A DNA stretch of 64,000 bases from Leptogorgia sarmentosa (taxonomy: Eukaryota). The notes under the pieces were generated by a model. It saw only the letters and a program-made list of their open reading frames with translations. It was not told the DNA's origin and did no database searches. A program made the position numbers and the translations under genes. The stretch is from assembly GCA_964658305.1 (NCBI GenBank), contig OZ210885.1, forward strand, positions 20,708,001-20,772,000. The letters run 5' to 3'. Position 1 is the stretch's first letter, and every line of letters begins with the position of its first letter. Positions 1-12,030 of the stretch are shown here, piece by piece.

Positions 1-419
1 CTGTTCGGCAGCACAAGAATTGAGCTACAAGGCAAGGTTGATTAAAAGTTTTCTTCTAAATTTTAATTCGACATCCAAAGGGAAGCTGAATTCTAAAATG
101 CGAATGTCGCTTCGTATGCTTCTAAGTAATAATTATGCCTCGTTTAACGAAGGACCAAAGAGTTGGCAAGACGCTGCATTCGTGCTTGGGGACATGCATT
201 TCCTAACGAATAGACGTTTGTTTTACACGATCCGGAACACGGTACATCTCTTTATATGTCGTTAATGCAGTATTAATATTTAATAGGCCGTTTTTAGCTA
301 ATTTGTGAAGGTTTCAAAATTGTTAGCAAAAGTTTAAACTCTCATATCCCAGTCAATCTTGGACGAAAATGCCTGTCGAATATACCAAAATTTAAGTTAG
401 ACATCCCTGGATGCAATGA

Positions 420-492
420 AACTACATTTAGGGTTCTACCGCATATGGTTTTTGAGTTATAAGTAATCAAACAGTTTTTTTGCGCCACCCGG
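420..492. mobile_element. Right end of a Tc1/mariner-type non-autonomous element; left end not identified
   Basis: Ends CAGTTTTTTTGCGCCACCCGG|TA, resembling the ...TTTTTTGATACACCCTG|TA ends of the mariner MITEs later in the window. Start coordinate approximate. Confidence 0.35.
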
Positions 493-811
493 TACATTAA
501 TTGTTACACTTCTCTTCTGATATCTTTTGGTCAAAACAATATATTGATGATAGTGACAATATATTAAGACATCAGAGTGGCAACTGAAATAATACAATTT
601 AGTTAACCAACTGTAAAAAAAAGCCATAGCAGCAAGCAGGTACTTTGTCTTCAAATGAGTGTCTTGTTATTTAGTCATTGTATAGATATGCCTCAAGGAT
701 TTTCCAGATTTCGATTCACATTTTATAAGAAATAAACCTTTAGCTATACTACTCAATGTGTTTATGTAATCTACCTGTATAGAGTATGATAATAATCTCT
801 TGTTTTTATAG

Positions 812-2021
812 GCAATGATGATCCATAGCCTACACGCTTTGTATGCTGTTTTGGTGACTGGGTCTTCTGCCTGTCATGGTTTTACACAGGTTCCAGGGAA
901 TACTGGTGGATTTTACCATATGGTGTGCAGGCATGGGGTACCGTAATGTTGTTTATTCCACACCAATATAATATACTGTAGATTATTTCAGAGTTTGTAG
1001 TTTATACCACGTAGTGTAAACTACAAACATTAAAATGATATAATTTCACTATACAAACTTTCAGAGAATTCAATACTGTAGATTGTCCAATCAAGAATTT
1101 AGGTGAAATTAATGAATTTATAGTTATAGCTATTTTTCCTGCTTTAGCACAATCGTGGGGATAAGTGGCGATAAATAAATGTTCCACATGTTCGATATCC
1201 CGACATTCATGCATGTGTTTAATTTTTTACGCTGTAGATCACTGTGGCTTCAAAATTTTTGCTGCTGCAAGAGTCAGTGAGGGATGCCGCAGATCTTTAC
1301 CTCTCCTTGAAGCATCCCCCTCATCTTTTTGTTTTGGATACTCTGTGTGGTTTCTCTCGTCACATGAATTTAAGAGAGCCGGACTTAGCTTCCAAGTTTT
1401 GGGGTGACACCCTTGGCTGTTTTGAGAAACCTTCACTTGAAATGCAACCAAATCAGGTATATTTTCACAACTTAGGATATATTTGTGGTATGCAGCTTCC
1501 TGCTGTAAGGAAAAATGTTAAGACGATGTGTTTACAGTACTTGATACACAATGAAGAAGAACGATGTGGCATACTTTTAAACCTAATCACGTTTAATTCG
1601 CTTTTTTAGGTTAGCATTCCAGACATTGTGCCCGCGGAATTTCGAACTAGAAAGGTTGATGAAAGTGTACTGCGGGCAAACTGCACGGTGGACACTTCAG
1701 TCCATCCTGTTACAGGCTCATCAAGAAGATATGTTGTCGGTGACAGATTCCACACATCTTCCACCTCTGTGCTCTTTTCACGACATCAATTTAGATGCCA
1801 TCAAAACGAGTTACCAGGAATGCCAGAATAATAGTAAAAATGTCAAGTGCCTGAGGAGTTCTACTATGCAATCTTTCCATGTTCATTTTATGTACAACTT
1901 TCTCATGGATTACTATCACAATGAGATCATAGTCGAGAAGCAGAAGTCCAATCTAAAGAAACTTTTAAAAGAAAACCAAGTCCTCACAAGAGATAGTTAC
2001 CACAGATTCATAGTTGCTTGA
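812..2021 (+). pseudogene. Spliced 3' part of an HMGXB3-like / KDZ-type (Kyakuja-Dileera-Zisupton) transposase gene, frameshifted
   Basis: GT-AG exons 812-937, 1238-1456 and 1610-2021 join in phase 0 to give ...TGGFYHMVCRHG|ITVASKFLLLQESVRDAADLYLSLKHPPHLFVLD...FWGDTLGCFEKP...|VSIP...HPVTGSSRRYVVGDRFH. After a frameshift near 1760 it continues ...HFMYNFLMDYYHNEIIVEKQ...RDSYHRF. This parallels the C-terminal domain of HMGXB3 as I recall it (CPHxVVxxSKYLxxxESARD; WGxxxGCF; HPVT; YNxLMD). Confidence 0.75.
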
Positions 2022-2066
2022 TTATTTATTGGTTTTTGCAGTATAATAGAGGAAAATATGATTGAA

Positions 2067-2340
2067 TTACTACCTTATTCGTACTTAATTTCGCGATTGG
2101 TAAGAAATCGTGAAATTAAAGTACGCGAATAAAAATCACCGCAAAATTTACACACACGAAATTAAAAACTCTATAGTCAAAAATTTTAAATTATCAAGTT
2201 ATAAATGTCTCAATGAACATAGTCATCGGTACGAAAGAACTTTTCCTGAAGATCAGTTTCAGTCATCAAAATCACGAAAATAAAATATAGCGAAATATGG
2301 CTTCAAAAAATCGCAAAAATAATTACGAGCAAGGTAGTAA
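2067..2340. mobile_element. MITE with imperfect TIRs of about 30 bp
   Basis: TTACTACCTTATTCGTACTTAATTTCGCGATT ... AATCGCAAAAATAATTACGAGCAAGGTAGTAA; internal CGCGAAA-like repeats. Confidence 0.6.
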
Positions 2341-3288
2341 ATAAGATGAAACCACTCCTACCCGTACACCGAAACTGGTGTATCTTGGTACATAAGTTTT
2401 TACTTTTAAGTTATAGATAAAATTTAGAAGTCATTCATCCTCCTCGTTGCATTTCTTACAATACCATTCGCCTGGGGGAATGACTTCTTCTCCAGAACAC
2501 TCTCTATTTGTAAGGAAAATTATTGGATTTTGAATAAGGTAAATCCGACAAAATTCATGTCTTAAATATTAAAAGTGGAACGTAAAGAAAAAATGCCGCT
2601 TATAATGATGTATTTAATTGCGGGTTAACTTTACCACACTATTCACTTACAAGTGCAGCCATTGTCTACAACTGTCACATTGTATCCAACGCTGTGTTGC
2701 GTTGCGTTGCTGTGTCGCATTGTATCCAACGCTGACAGTTAGTTAGGAGCCATCGTCAGCATCATTGCGTAAAAAATGCATGTTGAAAGTCAATGGGAAA
2801 TGCAAAATTAATAATGCTAAATTATTAACCCTACATAGACAAACGTTATTCTTCTTAGCGGCAGATAACATGGAGCATTTTCAACCCTGGGGTTGAACTC
2901 CATCCTGTTTACTGGGTTGAAATTTCACTTTACCTCGTGAACTTCGGCAGCAAAACTACATGACGGAGTGCTAGTTTGACCGGAGTTTCCACTGCCTCCC
3001 TATATAATTGGAATAGTTTCAACATGTTACAATGATTACCCAAACATTAAATAATATATTAAAATAGTACCTTTTTCGTGTCACATTTTGCGCTTCTTAC
3101 ATCCTAGTAACAAAATTCACAGATTACATTTGTTACCCCACATGGCATGGCAAACGAAAAATACCTCTGGTAATGCTTGTCTAATGGGTGAAGTTCCTGC
3201 TTCTTTCGTAATTTTGCTTTGTCGTTCAGCTTTAACACCCTAATGCACAACGAAGCACAAGTAATCTTAATGATCTATATAGTAGATG

Positions 3289-3693
3289 ATTATTAGACAT
3301 ACATTTTCCACCTCACCACAAGCTACACAAGATTTTTAATAGGAACACAGTCAAGGTCAGTTACAGTTGCATGAACATTGTCAAGTCTATAATTTCTAGG
3401 CACAACACACGTATGATTAGGAAAAGTAAGCCACAGTGCGAGGCCACAGACCTATGCACTTGTAGAGACAAGAACACATGCCCACTTCAGGAAAAATGCA
3501 TCTGTCACCTGCACAAACAGCACAAAACATTACATAGGCATGACAGCAAGTACATTCAAAGAGCGATATAGAAACCATATTAAATCATTTAACCACAAAA
3601 GGTACTCAAACGAAACAGAACTTTCGAAATATAGATGGGGACTAAAAGATAATAACAAAGATTTCGACATTACTTGGTCTATAATTAAGCATT
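3289..3693 (+). mobile_element. Penelope-like retroelement fragment (RT C-terminus, Zn-finger linker, GIY-YIG endonuclease)
   Basis: LLDIHFPPHHKLHKIFNRNTVKVSYSCMN...HN...CTCRDKNTCPL, then a frameshift, then YIGMTASTFKERYRNHIKSF...ETELSKY.W.LK...ITWSII. These are typical PLE motifs. Confidence 0.85.
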
Positions 3694-5899
3694 GTATGAT
3701 TATGCTTAATGTATATATTAAGCATAATCAATCCAATCCATGAACTTTTTATCCAACACTGACTTTGTCATTTTGAACACCTTCGCATTCACTATTTTGG
3801 TCGCATCTGTCTTCTTTCTTAAATCGGTTAACGTGGCCTCTTCGTTTCTGGCCAACAAAGACACTTGGCTAAAGCCTAGCTCATCGCCACCAACGTAGCC
3901 TCTTACTTCCTGTGAAATGAAAATAATTTACAAAGCTGTAACTGTACAGTACTTAGTTGTACATAATAAACAAAGGGAAACGCAGTTTGTGAAAAAATTC
4001 TCGAGTTATTCGAATACGGAAAGTATACATATCTATAGACATGTAAGACTTGATACTGAAGGACAACATATAATTATGAGAATATTAGAACATAGTTATG
4101 AAAACTTACGTTTTTTTCAACGTCATCGATTTCATCAATCGTTGTGATTTTCACCGCAATAGCAGGTAGTAATTTGCCAGCTTTTATTCTACATACACTT
4201 GCGTTCGGATTGATAAATGTCAGCACCTATTTTTATGGAAATGCATACATATAATCTCAATTAAACATTTCTCAGTCGAACCGTAATCAGTTTAGCAGGA
4301 GGTTAAAAAATAATGAAAGAATTATTTCTCGATAAATACCTTGTTTGTATCTTTTCTTATAAGACGGTAAAGTCCGACCTGTATTCTGGTTAGGATATAG
4401 GTACTTTGGTTTCCTCTTCTTCTGTTTCAACCAAATATTTGTTCATACATTCCACCTCTGGTTGAATTCCCACAGTAGAATGAATCTAATATTCAGGAAT
4501 TGTAAGTGAAATAGCAATTGCAATGACAATGTTGTGATCATAAAATTATTGATTCCTAACATTGGCAGTAATCACGAAATCTTGTTAATCCACTTGAACA
4601 GTATTACATAATCCACATGATTAAACTAAATAATGTAAGAAGTATTTGTTTATGGGAATTTGTGTTTACAGTATGATATGGCTTACCAGACAATATGCAT
4701 ATATCACATATGCCATCCCTTTGATCCACGGGACTCGTGCTTTGGCAGAGCAAAAAATAATGCACTCATTATATCGTTGATATGTGGTGCTCCCAAATAT
4801 CTTGGAAATGCAACACCCATGCTACCAACAAGCCCTAAGAACAATTATGATTGATTTGTTTGAGCAACTGCACTCTTGCTGTGAGGAGTACATAATCTGT
4901 TCAAGAGCGGTCTTCTGCCATTTAGTAATTGATGAATAATAAGACATGAATTGAAAAAAAAAGAAAGAGCTATAAACACATCACTGTTAACATGAGGATT
5001 CACTTCATATTACAGCAACATTAACAGGGGAGAAGTGTGTAGGCACCACCAAAAAAGGGCAAGTATGGCGCACTGGGTGAATTACAGCTCAGCTTAAATA
5101 CAGTACAGTCAGAGGAAAATTATGGGAGTTTCATTTAAGGGCAGCACTACTGCAGTCACTACCTTTCAACTTCCTTATTGTTTGAGGAGAGTAACAGACT
5201 CCCTTTTGGTATAAGCATGCCAGTGCCACTTGAACCTTGGGTCAAACCACTCTGCACTTGGAGTAGGAATTCTGCTAATGACTTCGAGAATACTGGATCA
5301 TCAACCATTACTACCAGTGTCGTTGACACCAGTGTTTCCAAAATTTTCTTACTATGAAAGTAATTCAAAATTAACTACCGTGGTAGACATAAACAATGAA
5401 TTCTTATACTAAATACAACTTACTACCTTCATGCATACAGTTATACATGCAATAAAATATTTGACAAACAAAATATATAACTGTTAATTACAATTAATTG
5501 CAATTCCCATCAGGAAGTGCATACTGTACTATCAATATACCAGCTCTACCTAGCCGTATCATGCAAACCACATGTTGACTGCCATATATTGCAGTATTTT
5601 GAATTCTTGAGAACAGTACAAAGTAAATATGAAATGTTTGTTTTAATTAGGCCAAAAAAAATATGTGGGTTTCCTATTTCTTCTTGCAGAAACTTAGGTA
5701 GGGTAGGTCGGTTTAACTTTTTTTTAATTTTCCTATTAAGAATTCATGCATAATGACAACCATTTGATGATAGTACTAAGGGTGGTATCACAAGTAAGAT
5801 ATTAAGGAAATGATTAATATTAAAATGAATAAAAAAACAACATTGTGATGCTCTTTAAACAAATGTATTCAATATCAATGGAACAAAGTATTAAACCGA

Positions 5900-8800
5900 A
5901 ACACTAGTAATGTGATGACAATTGGTACTCGTCATGGCTGGTCGCATTAATACGTGCTCTATAAGTTTTTGCTTTATTTTCTGCTTTTTTCTGATATTTG
6001 GTGGAAAATCTAGAAGAAATGGAGCTCAAATCATACCATGGAATGATAGCAGTGCTTATTTTGTTTGCCAAACCGTTATTGCGAGCAGATTTGGTGGAAG
6101 TTGTCTATGTGCTGGCCAAAATAACCGCCATTTTGACAACTGGTTTGCTGTTTACCATGCCTGCAAACTTGTTCAACACGCTTCCTTGGGTTTGATGCTG
6201 GTCGCTCTTTCCGGAGATATTGAAGTAAACCCTGGCTACCATCATGTTGAAGACATTAAGGATATTAAAGGCTTAAAGATAGCTCACCTAAATGTGCAAA
6301 GTGTCAGGAATAAGGTCGACACGCTTCGCCTTGAGATAACTAACGATAAAGTGTTTGACATTCTCACTCTATCCGAAACCTGGCTGAATGATTCTATTTC
6401 GGACATGGAAATTCAAATGCCTGGTTATTGTATTATTCGTAAAGACAGATCAGGAAATCGGCTTGGTGGTGGCACGATTGCTTACATTCGTGACGGGTTG
6501 CCTTTTATTATTTGCAATGATTTGAACACCGACGATAATGAATGCCTTTGGATTCAAATTTCTCGGCCCAAGTGCAAGCCTATATTTCTTTGTAGTGTTT
6601 ATAGACCACCGAACTCTGATTTGGCGAGGTTTATTTCATCTATGGAGAACAGTATAGCAAATATTGGCCCCAAGAACTGTGATATAGTATTGCTTGGTGA
6701 TTTTAACGTAGATTTTACTCCGGTTAAAGGGAAATCTAATCCCGCGAAAAAAATTTTGACGGATTTTGCAAGATCGATGGGCCTAAACCAATTAATTAAA
6801 GAAGCTACTAGAGTCACTGATTCGTCACAAACAATGATTGACTTAATCTTTGTAAACAATGATCACCGTTTTGTTGCAGATGGAGTCATACCCTTAACGA
6901 TTAGTGACCATTCATTGATCTATTGTAGTCTGAAAGTGGGCGCGCCAAAAGGGACCCCTAAAACAATAGAATATCGTTCATACAAATCCTACTATCGTGT
7001 CTCCTTTGTACAAGATTTGAAAAACATTCCATGGCACTTAGTCGCTGACGAAGATGACATTAATGATGCAGTCTCCACTTGGAATGCTTTGTTTCTGGAT
7101 GTAGCAAACAACCATGCGCCAATTAAGAAACAACGCGTAAATGGAATAAATTCACCCTGGATGACTTCCGAAATCAGCAATTTAATGCGTGAACGCGACT
7201 TTTATTATCGAAAGGCAAGAAAATCAGGTTCTCCTGATCACTGGCAATTATATAAAAACTCTCGGAACCTTGTGAATAAAGAAATTAAAGCTAGCAAGTC
7301 AAAATATTACATCAATTTGATAGAGGAAAGTAAAGGTGACTCCAAGAAACTATGGAATGCTGTTAACGAAGCATCTTCTAGGAAATGTCAATCGTCCAAC
7401 CCAACTTGCATTATCTCGGATGGAGTTGAATATACAAACAACAAATCGATTGCTTCTATTTTGAATAAACATTTCGCTACTATAGGTCAATATCTGGCCG
7501 AGAAGCTACCCGCTATAACACCAAGTTATGCATCAAGTTACTATCTATCTAATGGTCAACATTTTAATATCCTTCCCATTGATGAATCTTTCGTTATTAA
7601 ACATCTAAAATCTCTCAAAGCTTCGAAAGCAACCGGTTTGGACAAGATAAATATAAAGCTACTTAAAGATGCATCAGAAATAATTGCTCCTTCGGTTACA
7701 AAGCTCTTAAATCGATCCATTCAAAATCATATATTCCCTTCAAGTTGGAAATGTTCGAAGGTAATTCCTTTGTACAAATCTGGGGTCAGAGCAAACGCAA
7801 CTAATTATCGTCCAATATCAGTTCTACCTGCATTGAGCAAGTTAATGGAAAAAGCTGTTTATACTCAACTTTATGATTATTTAACAGAACATAACATTCT
7901 CAATGATAATCAGTTTGGTTTTCGCCGAAAGTGTTCCACAACAACAGCACTCTCGAGTTTTGCTGACAAGATTTTGGCCAGTATGGAAAAGGGAGAAATG
8001 TGCGGTGCTGTGTTTTTGGACCTATCCAAGGCCTTCGACACGGTCGATCACGCTGTTATGCTGAAGAAATTATCTGCGATTGGTGTTTCTACTGAAGATA
8101 TAGCATGGTTTGCTTCCTATCTAAATTTTCGATCACTTCGAACCACCTGCGGCCCGGAGCTGTCTGAACCATTATGCTGTAACTTTGGTGTTCCACAGGA
8201 CAGTATTCTCGGCCCTTTACTCTTTTTGATTTATATCAACGAGATACCAAGTTTCATTAAACATGCACAATTATTTCTTTACGCAGACGATACTGTCCTG
8301 TATTACTTTTCTAACACCTCGCAGGATCTGGAGGAGAAACTAAATGCCAACCTGAGTAATGTTTGTGTTTGGCTAAATGAGAATAAACTAACTTTGAATA
8401 CAAAAAAGACCAAATTCATGATCATTGGGAGTAGTCGTAAACTTTCTAGCATTGATTCCGTCACAGTCAAGGTAGCTGGCAGTAATATAGAAAGAGTCGA
8501 AGAATTCTCTTATCTTGGAATAACTTTTTCAACTAATATGACCTGGTCTGAACATGTAAATCAACTCTGTTCAAAGATCAGCAAACGCCTGGGGCTCCTG
8601 AAGAGAATTAAGCATTTGCTACCGCGATATGCAAGACTACTTTATTACAAGAGTCTTATTTTACCTCTGTTTGACTACGGCGACCTGGTATGGGGTGATA
8701 AGAACAATGATGTATTGATGGGCAATTTACAAATTCTCCAAAACAAAGCAGCAAAAATCATCCTTGACTACCACCCACTTTCTTCGTCTAGTGCTGCGTT

Positions 8801-9380
8801 GGATGAGTTGAGATGGAACAGGCTTCACCAACGACGATTTTATCATAGATGTTTATTCATTTTTAAATGTTTGAATGGGTTATCTACGTCTAAGCTAATC
8901 TTGAAATCGCTAAGTGAACGTCATTCCTATAACACTAGAAATAAGAACAATTTATGCTTGCCTAAAGTTAAACGAAATTGGGGCAAGCAAAGGCTCGAGT
9001 ACCATGCAGTAAAAGATTGGAACACTCTTGACGAAGAGACTAGACATTCAGACTCAATTGCTAAGTTCAAAATGAACTATTTTAAAACTCACTAGTGCCG
9101 AATTATAACACTCATAGAACGCTGACGTATATATATTCTTTGAATTCTATTTAATTACTATTTTTATTGTTATAGATAGCTTTTAGCTTTTAGTCATACT
9201 TATAATTTAAACACTAGGCATACTTTCATGATTTCTAACGTTAACCTTATTGTAATGTGATAGTTTTGGTTTTTATGACTCATATTTATATATGTATATT
9301 TTTAAATATAGGACCTCTCTGAAAATCACTTTACGTGAGAGAGTTTCCTATTTAAATATTGTCATAAATAAATAAATAAA
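5900..9380 (+). mobile_element. CR1/L2-group non-LTR retrotransposon, single long ORF, (TAAA)n tail
   Basis: Intact EN-RT ORF, AT-rich 3' UTR, TAAATAAATAAATAAA at about 9364-9380. 5' boundary approximate; no TSD found. Confidence 0.9.
5922..9095 (+). CDS. APE endonuclease + reverse transcriptase polyprotein (1057 aa)
   Basis: APE motifs HLNVQS, LSETWL, YRPP, GDFN, IDLIF, SDH. RT motifs NYRPIS, QFGFR, FLDLSKAFDTV, GVPQDSILGP (G to D in QGS), YADD. N-terminal SGDIEVNPG. Confidence 0.95.
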   Translation: MVLVMAGRINTCSISFCFIFCFFLIFGGKSRRNGAQIIPWNDSSAYFVCQTVIASRFGGSCLCAGQNNRHFDNWFAVYHACKLVQHASLGLMLVALSGDIEVNPGYHHVEDIKDIKGLKIAHLNVQSVRNKVDTLRLEITNDKVFDILTLSETWLNDSISDMEIQMPGYCIIRKDRSGNRLGGGTIAYIRDGLPFIICNDLNTDDNECLWIQISRPKCKPIFLCSVYRPPNSDLARFISSMENSIANIGPKNCDIVLLGDFNVDFTPVKGKSNPAKKILTDFARSMGLNQLIKEATRVTDSSQTMIDLIFVNNDHRFVADGVIPLTISDHSLIYCSLKVGAPKGTPKTIEYRSYKSYYRVSFVQDLKNIPWHLVADEDDINDAVSTWNALFLDVANNHAPIKKQRVNGINSPWMTSEISNLMRERDFYYRKARKSGSPDHWQLYKNSRNLVNKEIKASKSKYYINLIEESKGDSKKLWNAVNEASSRKCQSSNPTCIISDGVEYTNNKSIASILNKHFATIGQYLAEKLPAITPSYASSYYLSNGQHFNILPIDESFVIKHLKSLKASKATGLDKINIKLLKDASEIIAPSVTKLLNRSIQNHIFPSSWKCSKVIPLYKSGVRANATNYRPISVLPALSKLMEKAVYTQLYDYLTEHNILNDNQFGFRRKCSTTTALSSFADKILASMEKGEMCGAVFLDLSKAFDTVDHAVMLKKLSAIGVSTEDIAWFASYLNFRSLRTTCGPELSEPLCCNFGVPQDSILGPLLFLIYINEIPSFIKHAQLFLYADDTVLYYFSNTSQDLEEKLNANLSNVCVWLNENKLTLNTKKTKFMIIGSSRKLSSIDSVTVKVAGSNIERVEEFSYLGITFSTNMTWSEHVNQLCSKISKRLGLLKRIKHLLPRYARLLYYKSLILPLFDYGDLVWGDKNNDVLMGNLQILQNKAAKIILDYHPLSSSSAALDELRWNRLHQRRFYHRCLFIFKCLNGLSTSKLILKSLSERHSYNTRNKNNLCLPKVKRNWGKQRLEYHAVKDWNTLDEETRHSDSIAKFKMNYFKTH

Positions 9381-10016
9381 CATAAATAGATGATGCCATG
9401 TTGTATTATAAATAATATTTTAATATTGGAATATTGGCTAAAGTTTCTAATTTCCGGGAATTTCTTCATCTAAGTGGAAACACTTAAAAAACATGATCCA
9501 AAAAAACTAAAAAAGTTTAGGGTCGGGAAACCGGAAACCCACATTTTTTTTTGGCCTTATTAATAATGTACTTATTTAATTAGTCCTTTTGGCTTACTCT
9601 GACGTCCCAGCAGTAATTTGGTTACCACCAGCTAGTATGAGCGGGTGGTTTCTGCCCTTGACACCTTGGGCTTTCGCCAGAATGTCTAGTGTTAGCGACC
9701 TGCCAACATTTCTCGCACTTGAATATAGCAGTCCAAGATTGCTTTCCTCTGGAAATTAAGTAAATATCAACAGCATAGTTATTCATTCATTTAGACTTTA
9801 AGTAATTAGCATGCTAATAGTGTATTAAACCATTTTTGTTGTGATTTTCTACCTCTCTATGACTGATAGGTGACTAATGCGAACGTAAACATGAATTCAT
9901 AAATCACAACCTGAATGCAACGAAAAAGTCACACTAGAATACATACCCCATTTACTGGCATCATTAGTTCGCACTAATCTAGCAACAACAAATGATGCTG
10001 CCATTTTGAACGCCAG

Positions 10017-10255
10017 GGGCCAGTTGTACGAAGCCCGTTTAACCTAAACTACGGATAAGCTGAGAAATAAAAACAAGTCTATCAATTCATTGAATAACAA
10101 AACTGAAAGTTTTCAACATGAATGTAACAACTATGACTGCCACTGCGTATTTAGTGCATGGAATTTAAATTTATATGTTTGCCAGAATTGTGAGAGTGTT
10201 ATTAAATTTTGGCTTATCCACCGTTTAGGCTAAACGGGCTTCGTACAACCGACCC
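10017..10255. mobile_element. Harbinger-type MITE with CAG TSD, inserted in an exon
   Basis: CAG|GGGCCAGTTGTACGAAGCCCGTTTAACCTAAAC ... GTTTAGGCTAAACGGGCTTCGTACAACCGACCC|CAG. Removing it plus one TSD restores the minus-strand frame KSNELAFKM. Confidence 0.9.
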
Positions 10256-10749
10256 CAGTTCATTACTCTTGAATAGAGATGACAGATCAAGATATCTAGG
10301 TAGGATGTATGCCATCATTAAATTCCGTGCTTTTTGATGATAGCGAAACAAAATTTAGTGTAAGATTAAATCAACTGAATTTTTACTTACTTTTGCATAA
10401 CATTTTGAAAATATAACATCCAAGTCAAACTAGAATTGAATTCAGTGGAATATTCTGAAAGATCTCGTTCAGGAAAGTAAGTCCTCTCCAACGGACTTAA
10501 AATTATATTGTGGTCAATGTGTGTCTATAAAATAAGAAAATAACTTATTTATTTACCAGATTTCACAATAGTCTGAGAAATATGCAGGTGAAAGTACATC
10601 ATAAAGTTACTTGACATGTATGAACAAAATCACCTCTGTGTTGCAATAAAAATGGGAACGAGAGTGAAATTTTCAGAGCAAACTTGTCAACAGTGGTCGC
10701 AATTAGCTAAACTCAGAGTTTTGCTTTGAGCATTTCACAAATCAATACT

Positions 10750-10996
10750 AGAGAGTTGTGAAGGGGGGTCTTATTCCCATTTCCCAGCCCAAATTTTGAC
10801 TAAATCCCAGTGGCCAAGGGTACAAATCCCATTATCCCAGTGGCTGTCCTGCTCAAATCTTAATCCTATTCCCATTTTCTACTGGTTTTTTTTTTGCCAA
10901 TTAATCCCAGTCCCAGTTTATGAAATCCCATTTTCCCAACACAAAAATAAGCAAACCGCAGTTCCCATTTTCCCCATTCAGTCTTCACAACCCTCT
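10750..10996. mobile_element. MITE with 14-bp TIRs and TCCCA-rich interior
   Basis: AGAGAGTTGTGAAG ... CTTCACAACCCTCT flanked by TACT on both sides. A related truncated copy lies at 15188-15390 in the opposite orientation. Confidence 0.7.
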
Positions 10997-11514
10997 TACT
11001 GCAACACTACATTGCAATTACATAATGTATGTGATCTTCATCTATCATTCCTTTATTTTTATCAGCACAGACACAACCGGTAGCAAATAGTGCCATATAC
11101 AAGAATAATAACTGTTAATTGTAGGTGTTCTGTCATATGAAAACAAACCTGTGATGAAAGTAACCAGTACTTCCCAGACTGCCAGCCATAGTGATCTGTT
11201 AAATGGCATATTCTGTTTGAAATGCCTTCATTAACATTCCTTAAATACCTTGTCCTCAATTGCTCCCAGTATTGATTAACCAAGGAATTTGTTGCAACAG
11301 ATGTCATAGTGAGTGTGCCACAGGGAAAGCTATCCCGCAGAGCAGTTAACAGGCGTTGCTTGCTGTCAAATGCATCAACGGGAAGAGCTATTTGTCTGCA
11401 AAGGAGTATACATATCAATGAAACCAGAGTCACACTCACACGACCAAATTTCTTTATTATTATACATAAAGACATCATGCATTCATTTTCAGGCTACTAT
11501 GTTCAAAAGTTACT

Positions 11515-12030
11515 AGTGACTGGCGATTACCGATTACTTGGTATTGATACCACCCGATACCAAGCCTAAACTGGAAGTAGTCGATACTGCAAGGTATCGA
11601 AAAAGTGTTTCGATTACTTTTAAAATTACACATTTTTTAATCCTGAAATTGTTTCATCGTTTTTTATTGTCATTTTGAATGAAAATTATGTATTTTTTCG
11701 TACTTGCTGCATTTATCAGTTCAATCAAATCAAACATCGACATTCTATCGACTTCCTTTATTAATATTCAGAATAAATTATGAAAAAGGCAGGAAATTAC
11801 TAGAAATTATGTAACTTCTAAAATTAATCATTGTTAGACGTTGCACTAAAAATTAAATATGTAGCTTTCTGAAAAAAGTTAAAATATATCGTTACATTAG
11901 AGGGCTGCTTCTTCAACATGTAGTTCTTTGGAAATTGGAAGAAGTAATCGTTTGGGTAATCGATACTTCGATACTTTTACGAAAAAGTAATCGCTATCAT
12001 ATCGAATCGATATCACTGGTATCCCACATC
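11515..12030. mobile_element. Degenerate hAT-like MITE with (A)TCGATAC subterminal repeats
   Basis: TAGTGACTGGCGATTACC ... GGTATCCCACATCAC; CGATAC/GTATCG clusters at both ends; no clear TSD. Confidence 0.45.

Larger units (their letters stand above)
5650..9556. mobile_element. Non-autonomous TIR element (PIF/Harbinger- or ISL2EU-like, TTA TSD) split by the LINE, inside the intron between the Walker A and Walker B exons
   Basis: TTA|GGCCAAAAAAAATATGTGGGTTTCC ... GGAAACCCACATTTTTTTTTGGCC|TTA. Confidence 0.75.

Noticed and set aside
812..2021. Assigning the symbol HMGXB3
   Set aside because: Only a C-terminal homologous region is visible, it is frameshifted and TE-embedded, and orthology cannot be shown.
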